A stretch of 52,737 bases of DNA from IMG/VR virus record IMGVR_UViG_3300025635_000031, positions 1 through 52,737 of that record; one strand, given 5' to 3'. Both the position numbers and the translations under genes were made by a program. Origin of the DNA: a virus. Its lineage: Duplodnaviria; Caudoviricetes. Within the stretch, counting starts at the first letter, position 1. Every line of letters starts with the position of its first letter. The notes beneath the pieces are model-generated. The model was given only the letters and a program-made list of their open reading frames with translations. It was not told the origin of the DNA and did not search any database. Positions 31,160 through 42,200 of the stretch are shown here, one piece after another.

Positions 31160-32776
31160 ATGCCTTTTAGTTCTGAAAGCGGTAAGGCCGCTATCAAATG
31201 GGTAGTATCTAAACTACCAAAGACAGACCGTATGTTGGACATCGGCGCAGGGTGTGGAACCTATGCCAAAATGTTCAAAGCACAGCATTGGACTGGTGTA
31301 GAGGTTTGGGAGCCATATGTTGAAAAGTATGGCCTGAAAGACCTATACAATACACTTCTTGTCCAAGATGCCACAGAGATAAATTTTACTGAACATTATG
31401 ATGTAGCATTTGCTGGTGATGTACTAGAACACATGTCATCAGAAGAGGCGGTCAAGCTTGTTAAAAAGCTAAAGAAATGCGCTGATACTGTCATCATTAG
31501 CATCCCTATTGGTCATTACCCGCAAGGACCGTATGAAGACAATCCATACGAAATCCACATAGTTGATAATTGGACACACGATGCTTTTGTTGAAGCCTTT
31601 GGCGCGCCAACATTCTGGCGGATTGACAATGAAATTGGCATCTACGTTTATAGCAAGTTTGCTATAAAGCTAAACATCGCTGTGTATGCTATAAGCAAGA
31701 ATGAAGAGCAGTTCGTAGAACGGTTCGCAAAGGCTTGCAAAGATGCCGACCTTATCATGGTGGCCGACACGGGAAGTACAGACGGAACTGTGGAAGCCTG
31801 TCAGCGCCATGGCATTACCGTTCACAATATATGCATCACACCTTGGAGATTTGACCACGCCCGTAACGCGGCTGTGGCTCTCCTCCCTAGAAATATTGAT
31901 GTATGCATCAGCCTTGACTTGGATGAACTATTGGAACCCGGATGGCGCAAAGAGATAGAGCGTGTCTGGAAGCCCGGTGAAACAACCCGCCTGCAATATC
32001 TATTCGATTGGGGCCACGGGATTAGGTTCGCCTATCAAAAAATCCATGCGCGCCATGGGTATTTCTGGCACCACCCGTGTCATGAGTACCCTGTATATGA
32101 CAAGCGAATCACAGAAGTCTGGGCATATACCGATATGCTCTTGGTTAGCCATCATCCTGACCCGACCAAAAGCCGCGGGCAATACCTAGATCTTCTGGAA
32201 CTATCGATTAAGGAAGACCCGCGCTGCCCGCGTAATGCTTTCTATTATGCCCGCGAATTGACGTTCTACAGTAAGTGGAATGAAGCCATTAAGGCCCTGC
32301 ATCGTTATTTAGAGATGCCAGAGGCTGTATGGCCCAATGAACGCTGCTATGCCATGCGCTTATTGGGTAAGGCCTATGACCATGTTGGGAACGGATATGA
32401 AGCCGTTGCATGGTATCGCAGGGCCTGCGCAGAGGCTCCCAATACGCGCGAACCATGGTGTGATTTAGCTATGTGGCTTTATCGCAGACAGGAATGGGCG
32501 GAATGCTTTGGCGCGTCTATGAAGGCTTTATCAATCAAAGATAAGCAGCTGGTCTATACGTGCGATCCTACTGTCTGGGGGTACTGGGCGCATGATTTGG
32601 CCAGCATTTCTGCATGGCAGCTAGGCCTTCATGATGTTGCCCTAGAACAGGCGCAATTAGCGCTTCAGCATGAACCAGAAGACCTTCGATTGAAGGCTAA
32701 TTTAGAGTATATTCAGCGCCACATTTCAGGAGAGGGGGAAGGTGGTATGGGCGATGGATTACCAGACGCTGTTTAA
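31160..32776 (+). CDS. class I SAM methyltransferase - GT2 glycosyltransferase - TPR fusion
   Basis: LDIGAGCG and GDVLEH; YAISKNEE, DTGSTDGT, FDHARN, SLDLDE; TPR-like helices. Confidence 0.85.
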   Translation: MPFSSESGKAAIKWVVSKLPKTDRMLDIGAGCGTYAKMFKAQHWTGVEVWEPYVEKYGLKDLYNTLLVQDATEINFTEHYDVAFAGDVLEHMSSEEAVKLVKKLKKCADTVIISIPIGHYPQGPYEDNPYEIHIVDNWTHDAFVEAFGAPTFWRIDNEIGIYVYSKFAIKLNIAVYAISKNEEQFVERFAKACKDADLIMVADTGSTDGTVEACQRHGITVHNICITPWRFDHARNAAVALLPRNIDVCISLDLDELLEPGWRKEIERVWKPGETTRLQYLFDWGHGIRFAYQKIHARHGYFWHHPCHEYPVYDKRITEVWAYTDMLLVSHHPDPTKSRGQYLDLLELSIKEDPRCPRNAFYYARELTFYSKWNEAIKALHRYLEMPEAVWPNERCYAMRLLGKAYDHVGNGYEAVAWYRRACAEAPNTREPWCDLAMWLYRRQEWAECFGASMKALSIKDKQLVYTCDPTVWGYWAHDLASISAWQLGLHDVALEQAQLALQHEPEDLRLKANLEYIQRHISGEGEGGMGDGLPDAV

Positions 32777-32999
32777 TATAGCCATGGGCGGCATTGTTGC
32801 CGCTATGGGTTGGTTTGCGCGGGCGCTTTGGGACGCCGTTGCATCACTTAGGGATGACCTGCATACTTTGGAGCGGGACCTTCCGAAAACGTATTTGGCT
32901 AAAGATGAATTCAAAGAAGGAATTCGCGAAATAAAAGAAATTTTGGGGGAACTGTTTCGTAAGATTGATGCATTAAATGATAAAAAGGCAGACAAATGA
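32754..32999 (+). CDS. holin-like single-TM protein
   Basis: N-terminal TM plus coiled coil, immediately before the endolysin. Confidence 0.5.
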   Translation: MDYQTLFNIAMGGIVAAMGWFARALWDAVASLRDDLHTLERDLPKTYLAKDEFKEGIREIKEILGELFRKIDALNDKKADK

Positions 33000-33727
33000 A
33001 AATATCTAAAGATGGTTTAAACCTTATTAAGGAATTTGAAGGCGTCCGTTTGACGGCATATAAATGCCCTGCGGATGTCTGGACGATTGGAATTGGACAT
33101 ACTTCGGCTGCAGGCGCGCCAGAAGTAAAGCCGGGGATGAAAATCACCCTGCAAGAGGCCTACGACATATTAAACAGCGATCTTGGCCAGTATGAAGACG
33201 CGATCAATAAGCTTGTTAAGGTGCCACTAACGCAGAACCAGTTCGATGCTCTAGTCAGCTTTGTTTACAATGTCGGTGTTGGTGCGTTTCAAAAGTCTAC
33301 GCTTCTTAAGAAGCTAAACGATGGCCAGTACAATGCTGTGCCGGGTGAATTGATGAAGTGGACTAAGGCTGGCGGCAAAGAGCTTCCGGGCTTGGTTCGC
33401 AGACGGCGTGCAGAAGCCGCCCTTTGGCGCGGTGTAGATGAAACAAGTTCTATTGGGGATGACGCCCGTGTTGAACCGGACCTCCCAAAGCCTGCTAAAA
33501 CAATGGCGCAGTCTAAAGAGGGCAATGCAGCCCTTATCACGGCTGGCTTGGGTGGTGTTACGGCTGCTAAGGACGCTGTCGATACGATTAAGCAAGCTGG
33601 TGATAGCGTCGGCAGTCTTGTTAATATGCTTATGTCGCCGGGCTTTTTGCTGCCGCTCTTTATCGTTATCGCAGGTTTGGCGATCTGGTATTGGCGTCGC
33701 AAGCGCCTGCAAGAGGACGGTGTATGA
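32996..33727 (+). CDS. endolysin, GH24 lysozyme with C-terminal membrane segment
   Basis: E-x8-C-x5-T triad (FEGVRLTAYKCPADVWTIG), QFDALVSF.YNVG, GLVRRR.AE. Confidence 0.92.
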   Translation: MKISKDGLNLIKEFEGVRLTAYKCPADVWTIGIGHTSAAGAPEVKPGMKITLQEAYDILNSDLGQYEDAINKLVKVPLTQNQFDALVSFVYNVGVGAFQKSTLLKKLNDGQYNAVPGELMKWTKAGGKELPGLVRRRRAEAALWRGVDETSSIGDDARVEPDLPKPAKTMAQSKEGNAALITAGLGGVTAAKDAVDTIKQAGDSVGSLVNMLMSPGFLLPLFIVIAGLAIWYWRRKRLQEDGV

Positions 33728-33957
33728 TACCTCCATTCCTGTTCACGCCACTTGGAAAGTACATCGCTATAGCCCTTGCTGTACTTGTCATTGGCGGCGG
33801 GATGTACTGGAAAATTCGATCAGATGGCGCGTCTGATGTCATTATCAAAGGCACAGCTGACGTTCTAAAGAGGACACAAGATGCGATTCGCGCTGGTAAT
33901 TCCGTTGATACTACTGATGGCGGGCTGCGCAAGCCCGATGGCTACAACCGCGACTAA
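33724..33957 (+). CDS. i-spanin (Rz-like)
   Basis: N-terminal TM, after the endolysin, overlaps a lipoprotein gene. Confidence 0.6.
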   Translation: MIPPFLFTPLGKYIAIALAVLVIGGGMYWKIRSDGASDVIIKGTADVLKRTQDAIRAGNSVDTTDGGLRKPDGYNRD

Positions 33958-34078
33958 TACAGCTGTCTGCGAAGTATGGATGCCTATTTCATGGTCCTTA
34001 AAGGATACGGACCAAACAATCAGGGAAGTGAAGGTTAATAACGCCCGTAGGGACGGGTGGTGCGGCAAACGCAAATAG
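33881..34078 (+). CDS. o-spanin (Rz1-like lipoprotein)
   Basis: signal peptide with lipobox LMAG-C; overlaps the upstream TM gene. Confidence 0.7.
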   Translation: MRFALVIPLILLMAGCASPMATTATNTAVCEVWMPISWSLKDTDQTIREVKVNNARRDGWCGKRK

Positions 34079-34111
34079 ATGCTAAAATAAGCCTATCGAA
34101 AGGGATAAATC

Positions 34112-34858
34112 GTGACAACAGGGTTATCATATAATGGGTCGGTCGCAGGGACAAACAGCTACGTAGAGCAGCTGGCCAATTTGGCTGTTGTTAAGCTTAA
34201 CTTATCAGACCCTACTGATCCGTTCACGATCCTAATCCCGCAAGCTATTACGTATGCTGAAAACCGCATATATCGGGACTTGGATTTTCTATCTACAGTA
34301 TCTGTAAATTCAACATATTCTGTTTCTGTAGCTAATAGAAACATTAACGTACCGGCAAGTGCTTTTGTAACTATTCAAGATGTTAATTTAATTTTGCCAG
34401 CAAATACGCCGACTCCAGATTCGGGTACACGCCAACCGCTGCTGCCAACAACAAAAGAATACCTTAACAACGTATACCCAAGCGCTGCTGGTTTAGCCCC
34501 TCCTGCTTACTTTGCCATGATTGATCAAAACAAAATGATTGTTGGTCCTTGGCCTGACAACACATATACAGTGGAAATAGTTGGCACAATTCGCCCAGAT
34601 AGCCTTTCAGCAACAAATACAACAACTTTTATTAGCTTGTATTTGCCGGATCTGTTTTTGATGGCATCTATGATATTTGTGTCTGGTTACCAGCGCAACT
34701 TTGGCCGTCAGTCTGATGACCCAGCAATGGCGCAATCATACGAAAGCCAATATAAAACGCTTATGACTGGCGCGACGATGGAAGAAATGCGGAAGAAATT
34801 TCAATCTTCTGCTTGGTCTTCTATGTCTCTTCCTGTTGTTGCAACGCCAACACGGTGA
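34112..34858 (+). CDS. head-tail adaptor / tail tubular protein A-like
   Basis: AENRIYR.L, P.YFA, GP.PD..Y.VE, PDLFL.A motifs. Confidence 0.65.
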   Translation: MTTGLSYNGSVAGTNSYVEQLANLAVVKLNLSDPTDPFTILIPQAITYAENRIYRDLDFLSTVSVNSTYSVSVANRNINVPASAFVTIQDVNLILPANTPTPDSGTRQPLLPTTKEYLNNVYPSAAGLAPPAYFAMIDQNKMIVGPWPDNTYTVEIVGTIRPDSLSATNTTTFISLYLPDLFLMASMIFVSGYQRNFGRQSDDPAMAQSYESQYKTLMTGATMEEMRKKFQSSAWSSMSLPVVATPTR

Positions 34859-34863
34859 AGTAA

Positions 34864-37398
34864 ATGCCACACGCATCACTTAAGCTAGTTCCGGGTGTAG
34901 ACCAAAACAAAACGCCCGCTTTGAATGAAGCTGCAATTTCTTCCACAAACCTTGTCCGTTTTGTTCCTGATCGAAATGGTTTAGGCCTTGTTCAAAAGCT
35001 TGGCGGATGGACACGGTTCTACAGTAGCCCCATGACATCTAAAGTAAGGTGCTTGTGGGCGTGGCAAACGCTTAATGACATCAGCTACCTTGGTGTTGGG
35101 GCGGAAGAGAGCCTTAACACAATTAGTGAAGGTTCTCTTAGGACAATTACGCCACAATATTATGTTGTAAATCCACCAGTTGATTTTTCGACAACTGCTG
35201 GAAGTGCCGTTGTAACTATTACAGATACCAATAGTAATATTGATAACTACGATGCTGTATGGATTAGCACACAAGTTACTATTGGCGGCTTACGCTTACA
35301 GGGCCTTTATCAATGCTCTTCGCTAAGTTCCGGCACGTATTCAATTGTTGCCAGAGATGTTCTTGGATACGAACAACAGGCTACATCAACCGTTTCTAAC
35401 AGCGGCAACATACCGTCTTTTACAACGGCATCAGGATCGGCACAGGTCACTGTAGATTTTACGGATCATTTATATTCAGAAGGTGATACGTTTACACTTT
35501 TAGTCCCAATTGACATTGGTGGCATTTCCCTTTTTGGAAATTACGTTATTGCGGATGTAACGACAGCTAATCAGTTTATTATTAATGCAAGTAATACGGC
35601 CTCTTCAACCCAAACACTTGCGCTAAATAACGGTCTTGCCCGTTTTACATATTATAATGGTGTTGGCCCTTTACCTGCCGGTTCTGGATATGGGATTGGT
35701 GGATATGGAGAAAACGGATACGGAACGGGTATCCCGCCAACGGCATTTAGACAAATGGTTACAATTGGTGCTAAAGGCGATGGCACAACGGCAACAATTA
35801 GCCATAGCACAAATACAAAACTATCCGCAGGCACAACATTAACAGTTTCCGGTGTTACGCCAGCGGGGTATAACACGGGCGCGCCAGTCGCAATTACAGG
35901 ATCTACTTCAAACTTATTTTACGTAACTAACGTTGTTGGAAGTGGGTCAACTGTAACAGTTACACATAGCGGAAGTTCTGCAATTGAAGTTGGAACTGTC
36001 TTTACATTGTCGGGGGTAAACCCTGCTGCATATAACGGCACTTGGACAGTTACTAATTCAACAACAACAACAGTTGAGTTTTCATCCGCTACAACAACAG
36101 CTTATGTGTCTGGTGGTCTGGTTGCGTCAAATACTATTTCATACCTTAATGCGACAACGGGCGCACAAACTGTTGCTGGCCTTATTACCCTTAATCAAAT
36201 TCCGACCCTAACATGCACTGATTGGACGTTGGATAATTGGGGCGAATTCCTGATTTCTTGCCCCAATAACGTTAGCACTGATCCCGGCCAGCCAGATGAT
36301 TATCTTACAGGCGGTGGGATATATTATTATCAGCCAGATGCTGGGACGCCTGTTGCTACAATCATCCCAACAGCGCCACCAGTTAATCGTGGTATGTTTG
36401 TCTCTATGCCGCAACGCCAAATTGTTGCTTGGGGATCAACGTTTAATGGAATTATTGACCCACTTTTAATTCGCTGGACAGATGTTGGCGATTTTAATGT
36501 TTGGGCTGGAACTGTAACTAATCAAGCAGGTTCATATAGAATTCCAAAAGGTTCAAAGGTTGTCGGATGCATTCAAGGCCCGCAACAAGGCCTTGTTTGG
36601 ACGGATCTTGCTATATGGGCCATGCAGTACATTGGGCCTCCCTACGTTTATTCGTTTAACGAAATTGGAACTGGTTGCGGACTAATAGCGCCAAAAGCTT
36701 CAACTTCCATGAACGGCGTGGTTTATTGGATGTCGCAATCGCAATTCTTCCGCCTTGCTGGTGGCGGCGTAGAGCCAATACCTTGCCCAATTTGGGATGT
36801 TATCTTCCAAGATCTTGACACAAATAATCTTGATAAGATCCGTATCGCTCCAAATTCCCGCTTTGGAGAAGTAACTTGGTACTATCCAACTGTTGGTAAT
36901 GGCGGTGAAGTTAGTCATTACGCAAAATACAACGTTTACATGAACCAGTGGGACTTCGGCGCGATTGGTAGAACAGCGTGGATTAACCAATCCGTGTTTG
37001 GCCCTCCAATTGGCGCGACACCTGATAACATTATTGTGCAGCATGAAACATCAACCGATGCTGACGGTCAGGCTATGAACTCTTTCTTCCAGACCGGCTA
37101 TTTCCAGTTAAATGATGGTGATGTGCTAACCTTTGTTGACCAATTCTGGCCAGATGCAAAGTGGGGTTATTATGGCGGGGTACAGAACGCAAACCTACTT
37201 TTGACATTTTATGTGACACAATATGCCGGTGACACACCTATTGCGTATGGGCCGTTCACTTTGACTGAAGCAACAGAATATGTGACACCACGGCTTCGTG
37301 GTCGTTTAGTAAGTATAAAGATTGAAAGCAATGATGTTGGAACTTTTTGGCGTCTTGGAAACATGCGTTATCGCTGGCAGCCGGATGGGAAATTCTAA
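34864..37398 (+). CDS. tail nozzle / tail tubular protein B-like (DNA stabilisation protein)
   Basis: 844 aa; QKLGGW, W.LDNWGE, DPLLIRW.D, TNQAG, RLRGR motifs. Confidence 0.7.
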   Translation: MPHASLKLVPGVDQNKTPALNEAAISSTNLVRFVPDRNGLGLVQKLGGWTRFYSSPMTSKVRCLWAWQTLNDISYLGVGAEESLNTISEGSLRTITPQYYVVNPPVDFSTTAGSAVVTITDTNSNIDNYDAVWISTQVTIGGLRLQGLYQCSSLSSGTYSIVARDVLGYEQQATSTVSNSGNIPSFTTASGSAQVTVDFTDHLYSEGDTFTLLVPIDIGGISLFGNYVIADVTTANQFIINASNTASSTQTLALNNGLARFTYYNGVGPLPAGSGYGIGGYGENGYGTGIPPTAFRQMVTIGAKGDGTTATISHSTNTKLSAGTTLTVSGVTPAGYNTGAPVAITGSTSNLFYVTNVVGSGSTVTVTHSGSSAIEVGTVFTLSGVNPAAYNGTWTVTNSTTTTVEFSSATTTAYVSGGLVASNTISYLNATTGAQTVAGLITLNQIPTLTCTDWTLDNWGEFLISCPNNVSTDPGQPDDYLTGGGIYYYQPDAGTPVATIIPTAPPVNRGMFVSMPQRQIVAWGSTFNGIIDPLLIRWTDVGDFNVWAGTVTNQAGSYRIPKGSKVVGCIQGPQQGLVWTDLAIWAMQYIGPPYVYSFNEIGTGCGLIAPKASTSMNGVVYWMSQSQFFRLAGGGVEPIPCPIWDVIFQDLDTNNLDKIRIAPNSRFGEVTWYYPTVGNGGEVSHYAKYNVYMNQWDFGAIGRTAWINQSVFGPPIGATPDNIIVQHETSTDADGQAMNSFFQTGYFQLNDGDVLTFVDQFWPDAKWGYYGGVQNANLLLTFYVTQYAGDTPIAYGPFTLTEATEYVTPRLRGRLVSIKIESNDVGTFWRLGNMRYRWQPDGKF

Positions 37399-37754
37399 TG
37401 GCTAGTTTAGATGACATCTTAACAACACAGAAAAACGGCGTTGTTGCTATTAATGCGCTGAACAACATTACGCTTGGTTCGGCAGGTACTGTCACTTCCG
37501 CTACAGTTACATCAACAACTCTTGTATTTGTTGGGGCTGGTCGCCTTGTAAATGTTTCCGTTGTGGTCAATGGATCAGCAGACGGATTTATTCATAATGC
37601 GTCTACGACAGGCGGCATTACGGCATCAAATGCTTTGTGCGCTACGCCATCTGCAGCTGTTGGTGTCTATCCTTGCGGACAAGTGTTTACCAATGGTCTT
37701 GTGATCGATCCGGGTGCCGGACAGTCAATCAATGTAACGTATTCAAGCGGGTGA
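37398..37754 (+). CDS. virion structural protein
   Basis: coupled ORF, beta-rich C-terminus. Confidence 0.6.
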   Translation: MASLDDILTTQKNGVVAINALNNITLGSAGTVTSATVTSTTLVFVGAGRLVNVSVVVNGSADGFIHNASTTGGITASNALCATPSAAVGVYPCGQVFTNGLVIDPGAGQSINVTYSSG

Positions 37755-37757
37755 TCT

Positions 37758-38723
37758 ATGCCTCTTAAAAAGGGTTCTTCACAGAAGACCGTATCGACAA
37801 ACATCCGCGAACTTGTTCATTCGGGTAAGCCGCAAAAACAAGCGGTTGCTATTGCTCTTGATGTGGCGCGTCGGTCCAATAAAGCCGTAGGTGGGGAACT
37901 AACGCCTGTTGTCAATCCAACCGTTTACAATGCACAGTTGCTTTCAACCCTTTCTGGCAAGCCTGTAGCGGCAGGCGATGGGAAGTCAGAAAAAGCACCT
38001 GATGGTGAAGCACAGGCAGGCACAACCGCATCACCAATCATGCAAAAAATGGCTGAAAATTTGGGCGGCGGTGGTGGTGGTGGGGACGGGGGCGGCGGCG
38101 GTTCCAATTTTGGAGGGTCCGATGCCAGTGGCACAGCCGGTGGCGTCAATGGCTCTGATTATGGCGGCGGTTCTGGTAATAACCCCGGCAGCGAAGGCGG
38201 CTCTCCTGCAACCCTTGCAGAAGGCGGCGCAGCGCCCTTCTTTGGCGGTGGAACGGGCACTACTACCAAGGTCCACGTAGGGCCCATCCACAGCCCCGTA
38301 GCAGGCCGTACAGACCATCTGCCTATGCATGTTCCTTCAGGGTCCTATGTGATCCCTGCCGATATCATTTCGGCCATGGGGGAAGGCAATACGATGGCTG
38401 GGTTTAAGGTGGCCAATACAATCTTTAGCCGTATCCCCGGAATGACTGGCGCGCCCGGTATGCAGGCTATCCCGACGAAGGGTAGCACACCCGGTATGGA
38501 TGCCGAATTAGGCATCCCCGGCAAAGCAAGGGGTGGCACTATTGAAGATGCTGTACCCATCGTTGCGGCTGGTGGGGAGTATGTAATTTCGCCGGGCGAT
38601 GTTCGTCGTATTGGCGAAGGAGACTTAGACAGGGGGCATCAGGAGCTTGATCTATTTGTTAAGGCGATGCGCGCCAAGACAATCAAGACCCTGCAAAAGC
38701 TCCCCGGTCCAAAGCGTGATTAA
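37758..38723 (+). CDS. protein with three xxxGG motifs and two 'P...G(S/E)YVI' domains
   Basis: MPLKKG.S..T.S.NI.E N-terminus; GRTDHLP..VPSGSYVIPAD and VPIVAAGGEYVISP. Confidence 0.7.
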   Translation: MPLKKGSSQKTVSTNIRELVHSGKPQKQAVAIALDVARRSNKAVGGELTPVVNPTVYNAQLLSTLSGKPVAAGDGKSEKAPDGEAQAGTTASPIMQKMAENLGGGGGGGDGGGGGSNFGGSDASGTAGGVNGSDYGGGSGNNPGSEGGSPATLAEGGAAPFFGGGTGTTTKVHVGPIHSPVAGRTDHLPMHVPSGSYVIPADIISAMGEGNTMAGFKVANTIFSRIPGMTGAPGMQAIPTKGSTPGMDAELGIPGKARGGTIEDAVPIVAAGGEYVISPGDVRRIGEGDLDRGHQELDLFVKAMRAKTIKTLQKLPGPKRD

Positions 38724-38737
38724 CGAAGGGGGACTAC

Positions 38738-39220
38738 ATGACAGAAGATCTGCAAATCCGGATTGGAACGCCGGATGATCTGGATGAAGTGATGGACGCA
38801 GCGCAGTCAGCGATTGCCGAAATTGGCCTTGTACATCCAGACCCACGAAAAGTTCTTGAAGACGTTTGGCCAGCCTTAAATCAACAGGCTGGTATTGTTG
38901 GTATTATTCAAAAGCCCGGCGGTCCTGTAGAGGGCGGTGTCCTTTTAAGAATGGGTAAAATGTGGTATTCAAATCAAGATGTACTTGAAGAACGCTGCGT
39001 TTTTATCAAGCCAGAGTTCAGGAACGCTAAAGGCGGTCGTGCGCGCAAGCTTGTTGAATTCTCCAAAAGCGTTGCTGAATCGCTGGGTGTGCCTTTGCTG
39101 ATTGGTGTCATGTCAAGCATTAGAACCGAAGCTAAGGTTCGCCTTTACGAAAGGCAGTTTGGCAAGCCGCAGGGGGCGGTATTTCTCTACAATCTGCATC
39201 CACAAGTGCAGGAAGGATAA
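38738..39220 (+). CDS. GNAT-fold protein preceding the ejection proteins
   Basis: IR..T.DD, FIKPEFR...GRARKL motif A-like, LYERQ. Confidence 0.55.
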   Translation: MTEDLQIRIGTPDDLDEVMDAAQSAIAEIGLVHPDPRKVLEDVWPALNQQAGIVGIIQKPGGPVEGGVLLRMGKMWYSNQDVLEERCVFIKPEFRNAKGGRARKLVEFSKSVAESLGVPLLIGVMSSIRTEAKVRLYERQFGKPQGAVFLYNLHPQVQEG

Positions 39221-39226
39221 AAATTA

Positions 39227-42200
39227 ATGTGCGGCGGATCATCTACAACCACCCAATCGACCACGATCCCACCAGAGGTTCTGGCGCGATATAATGCGGT
39301 CAACGCGCGGGCAGAAGATGTCGCCAAACAGCCATTCCAGCGATACACGGGCCAATTTGTAGCCCCCATCAACCAACAACAGATGGCAGGCATTAGCGGC
39401 ATTAATCAAGCTGCCAATATGGCTCAACCATATTTCAATCAGGCATCTGGCGCTCTAACAAATGCTTATGGGCAGGCAAATCCATACTATGGGCAGTCTA
39501 TTAACACAGTTGCGGGTGGTGCAAGCCAAGCAAACCAACTTTATGGAACTGCTCTTGGCGGCATTTCTAATGCTGTTAACATTGGTTCGCAGTATGGGAC
39601 GGACGCAACACGATTTATCAATCAAGCCGGGACCTCTGCCCAGCCATATATGAACCAAGCAGGGGCATATGTTGGTAGCGGCCTTGCGGCTGCAGATCCT
39701 TTACTTGCGCAATCGCAAAAGTTTCTTGAAGGTTCTACGCAAGCAATTAACCCGCAAGAGTTTAGTCAGGCCCAGATTAACAAGTACATGTCTCCCTACA
39801 TGAAGAATGTAGTGGAGGCGCAGCAGGCCCTTCAGCAGCAAGAATCGGCAGCGCAGCGTTCGGCTCTTAATTCGCAGGCTATTGGCGCTGGCGCGTTTGG
39901 TGGTGATCGTGCCGGAATTTCACAGGCAAACCTTGCGCGCCAACAGACGCTGGCCAACCAAGCAACTTTAGGCAATTTGTTGCAGCAGGGATATGGTCAG
40001 GCCGCTGGCATGTTCCAGCAGCAGCAGGGCGTTAACCTTGCTGCAGAGCAGGCTAATCGTCAGGCCCAGCAATTTGGCCAACAGGCCGCAGCCAATCTTG
40101 CGCAACAACGTTTTGGGCAAAACCTTGCCGCATCACAGCAATACGGAAATTTAGGTCAAGCTTTATTCGGCCAAAATTTGTCGCAAGGTCAGGCTCTATC
40201 TGCTCTTGGCCAACAACTTTATAGTCAGGGTCTGGGGGCTGCACAAGCACAAGCTGGAATTGCCCAAAATCAATTTGGCATGTCTGCGCAACAGGCCAAT
40301 TTAATGCAGCAGGCCGCGCAGGGTCTTTTTGGCATGGGGTCGCAATATGCTTCCGGCCTTGCTGGCCTTGGAACAGGAGCGCAGGCCGCAGCATTGCAGG
40401 GCGCGCAGGCACAGATTGGTGCTGGAACACTGCAGCAACAAACGCAGCAAGCGCAAGACACCGCTAAATACAACGAATTTTTGCAAGAGCGTGGTTATCC
40501 GTTCCAGATCGCGCAGTTCTTGGCAAACATTGCTATGGGTACTGGCGCGTTGTCTGGTTCAACTACAACGACAACGTCACCGAATAACTGGATGTCTGAC
40601 CGCCGCCTTAAGAAAGATATTAAAGAAATTGGTGAAACCCACGATGGTCTTCCGATCTATAGCTTTAAGTACAAGGGCGGTGATGACCAGCAGCGTATTG
40701 GTGTTATGGCCGATGAAGCGCGGGAAAAGCATCCTGATGCTGTCCATCGTGTTGGCGGAATTGATTCGGTTGATTACGACAAGATTGTAAACCGCGCCAG
40801 TGAAGGTGGGGGTGTTCTCCCGCACCGTGCCCGTGAAGGTTTTGCTTTAGGAAGTTCAGTACCTTCTGGTAGCGCAAGCGTCAGCGATGATATTTTTAAA
40901 CAATACCTTAATTTTATTGGTTTAGCTGACACACCGCATGGGAACGTAGCTTCATATGCAAAATCTGCAAAAAATTTGCCGGGGCAAGCAGGTATTGTTC
41001 CGCAGCAAACTCCACCAATTATGCAGTTAAGAGCGCCAAGCTCTCCCCCACGCCAACAAGAAAGTGGACTATCGCAAGCAGCTTCTGCATACAAAACTGT
41101 AGAAGGTGGGCTTGATAAGCTGTTTGGTGAAAAGGGTCTTGCAACATCTAAGGGTATGCCAGCGCGCATATACAAAGGTCTTACAGGAAGTAACGACGAC
41201 AAGCAGGGTTCTAAATCGGGCCAAAATACTTCAACTTCGTCAGAGCCACCACAACAACAAAAACTAGAACAAACAAAAGCATCTTCTGTTTCTCCAGATG
41301 AAAAGTCTTTTTACGATAAATTTATTGATTGGTATCAAAACCGCGCTTATGGCGGCGGCGTTGCACCACAATTTATGGCAAGAGGCGGCGTATCTGCCTT
41401 GAATGAAGGTATTCTTCCTTATCAAACAGAAGATAAATATGGTCCAGAAGCTGTTAATGAAGCAGAAAGCGGACACAAGTTTGATACTCTTGATGAAGCT
41501 GGTGGAGGGAAAAGCGGTTCTGGATCTGGGTCAGGTTTGGCAAACGCCATAGGAATGGCAGGTACCGCAATAAAAGGTCTTACTGCTCTTGCATCTCTTC
41601 TTCCATCCGATGAACGTTTTAAAACGGGCATGAAACGGGTTGGTGAATTAGACAACGGCCAACCAGTCTATAAATATCGTATTGGTAATGGGCCAACCCA
41701 AATTGGACTATCTGCACAGAACGTATCTAAATATGGTGATCCATCGTCTGTTTATCGTGATGATGATGGTTTCCTTCATTTAGATTATGAACGCGCCACA
41801 CGGGAATATGGCGGTGGTATCCGCCCAGCATATCAAACGCGCGGTCGCGTTGATCCCGATATGCAAGACATCGATTACGCAATCAGAACAGCTGCAGCTG
41901 AAACAACTGGTGATCCAGATGAAACGCGCGGGATTGCGCATGTGATCCATAACCGTTTGCAATCTGGAAAGTATGGTGACAGTTATAAAAATGTTGTTTT
42001 AGCGCCAAATCAATTTGAACCTTGGCAAACAGAAAACAACAACCCGATGCGGATTAAACCTGATGATCCGCGTTATCAGCAAGCAAAAGCTGCGTTTGAA
42101 GATATTCAATCCGGCAATATGGACCCACGTTTTGAAAATGTTCAGAATTTTTGGGGTCCAATATCACAGTACGCTCTTAAGCGTCAGGCACCTGAATGGG

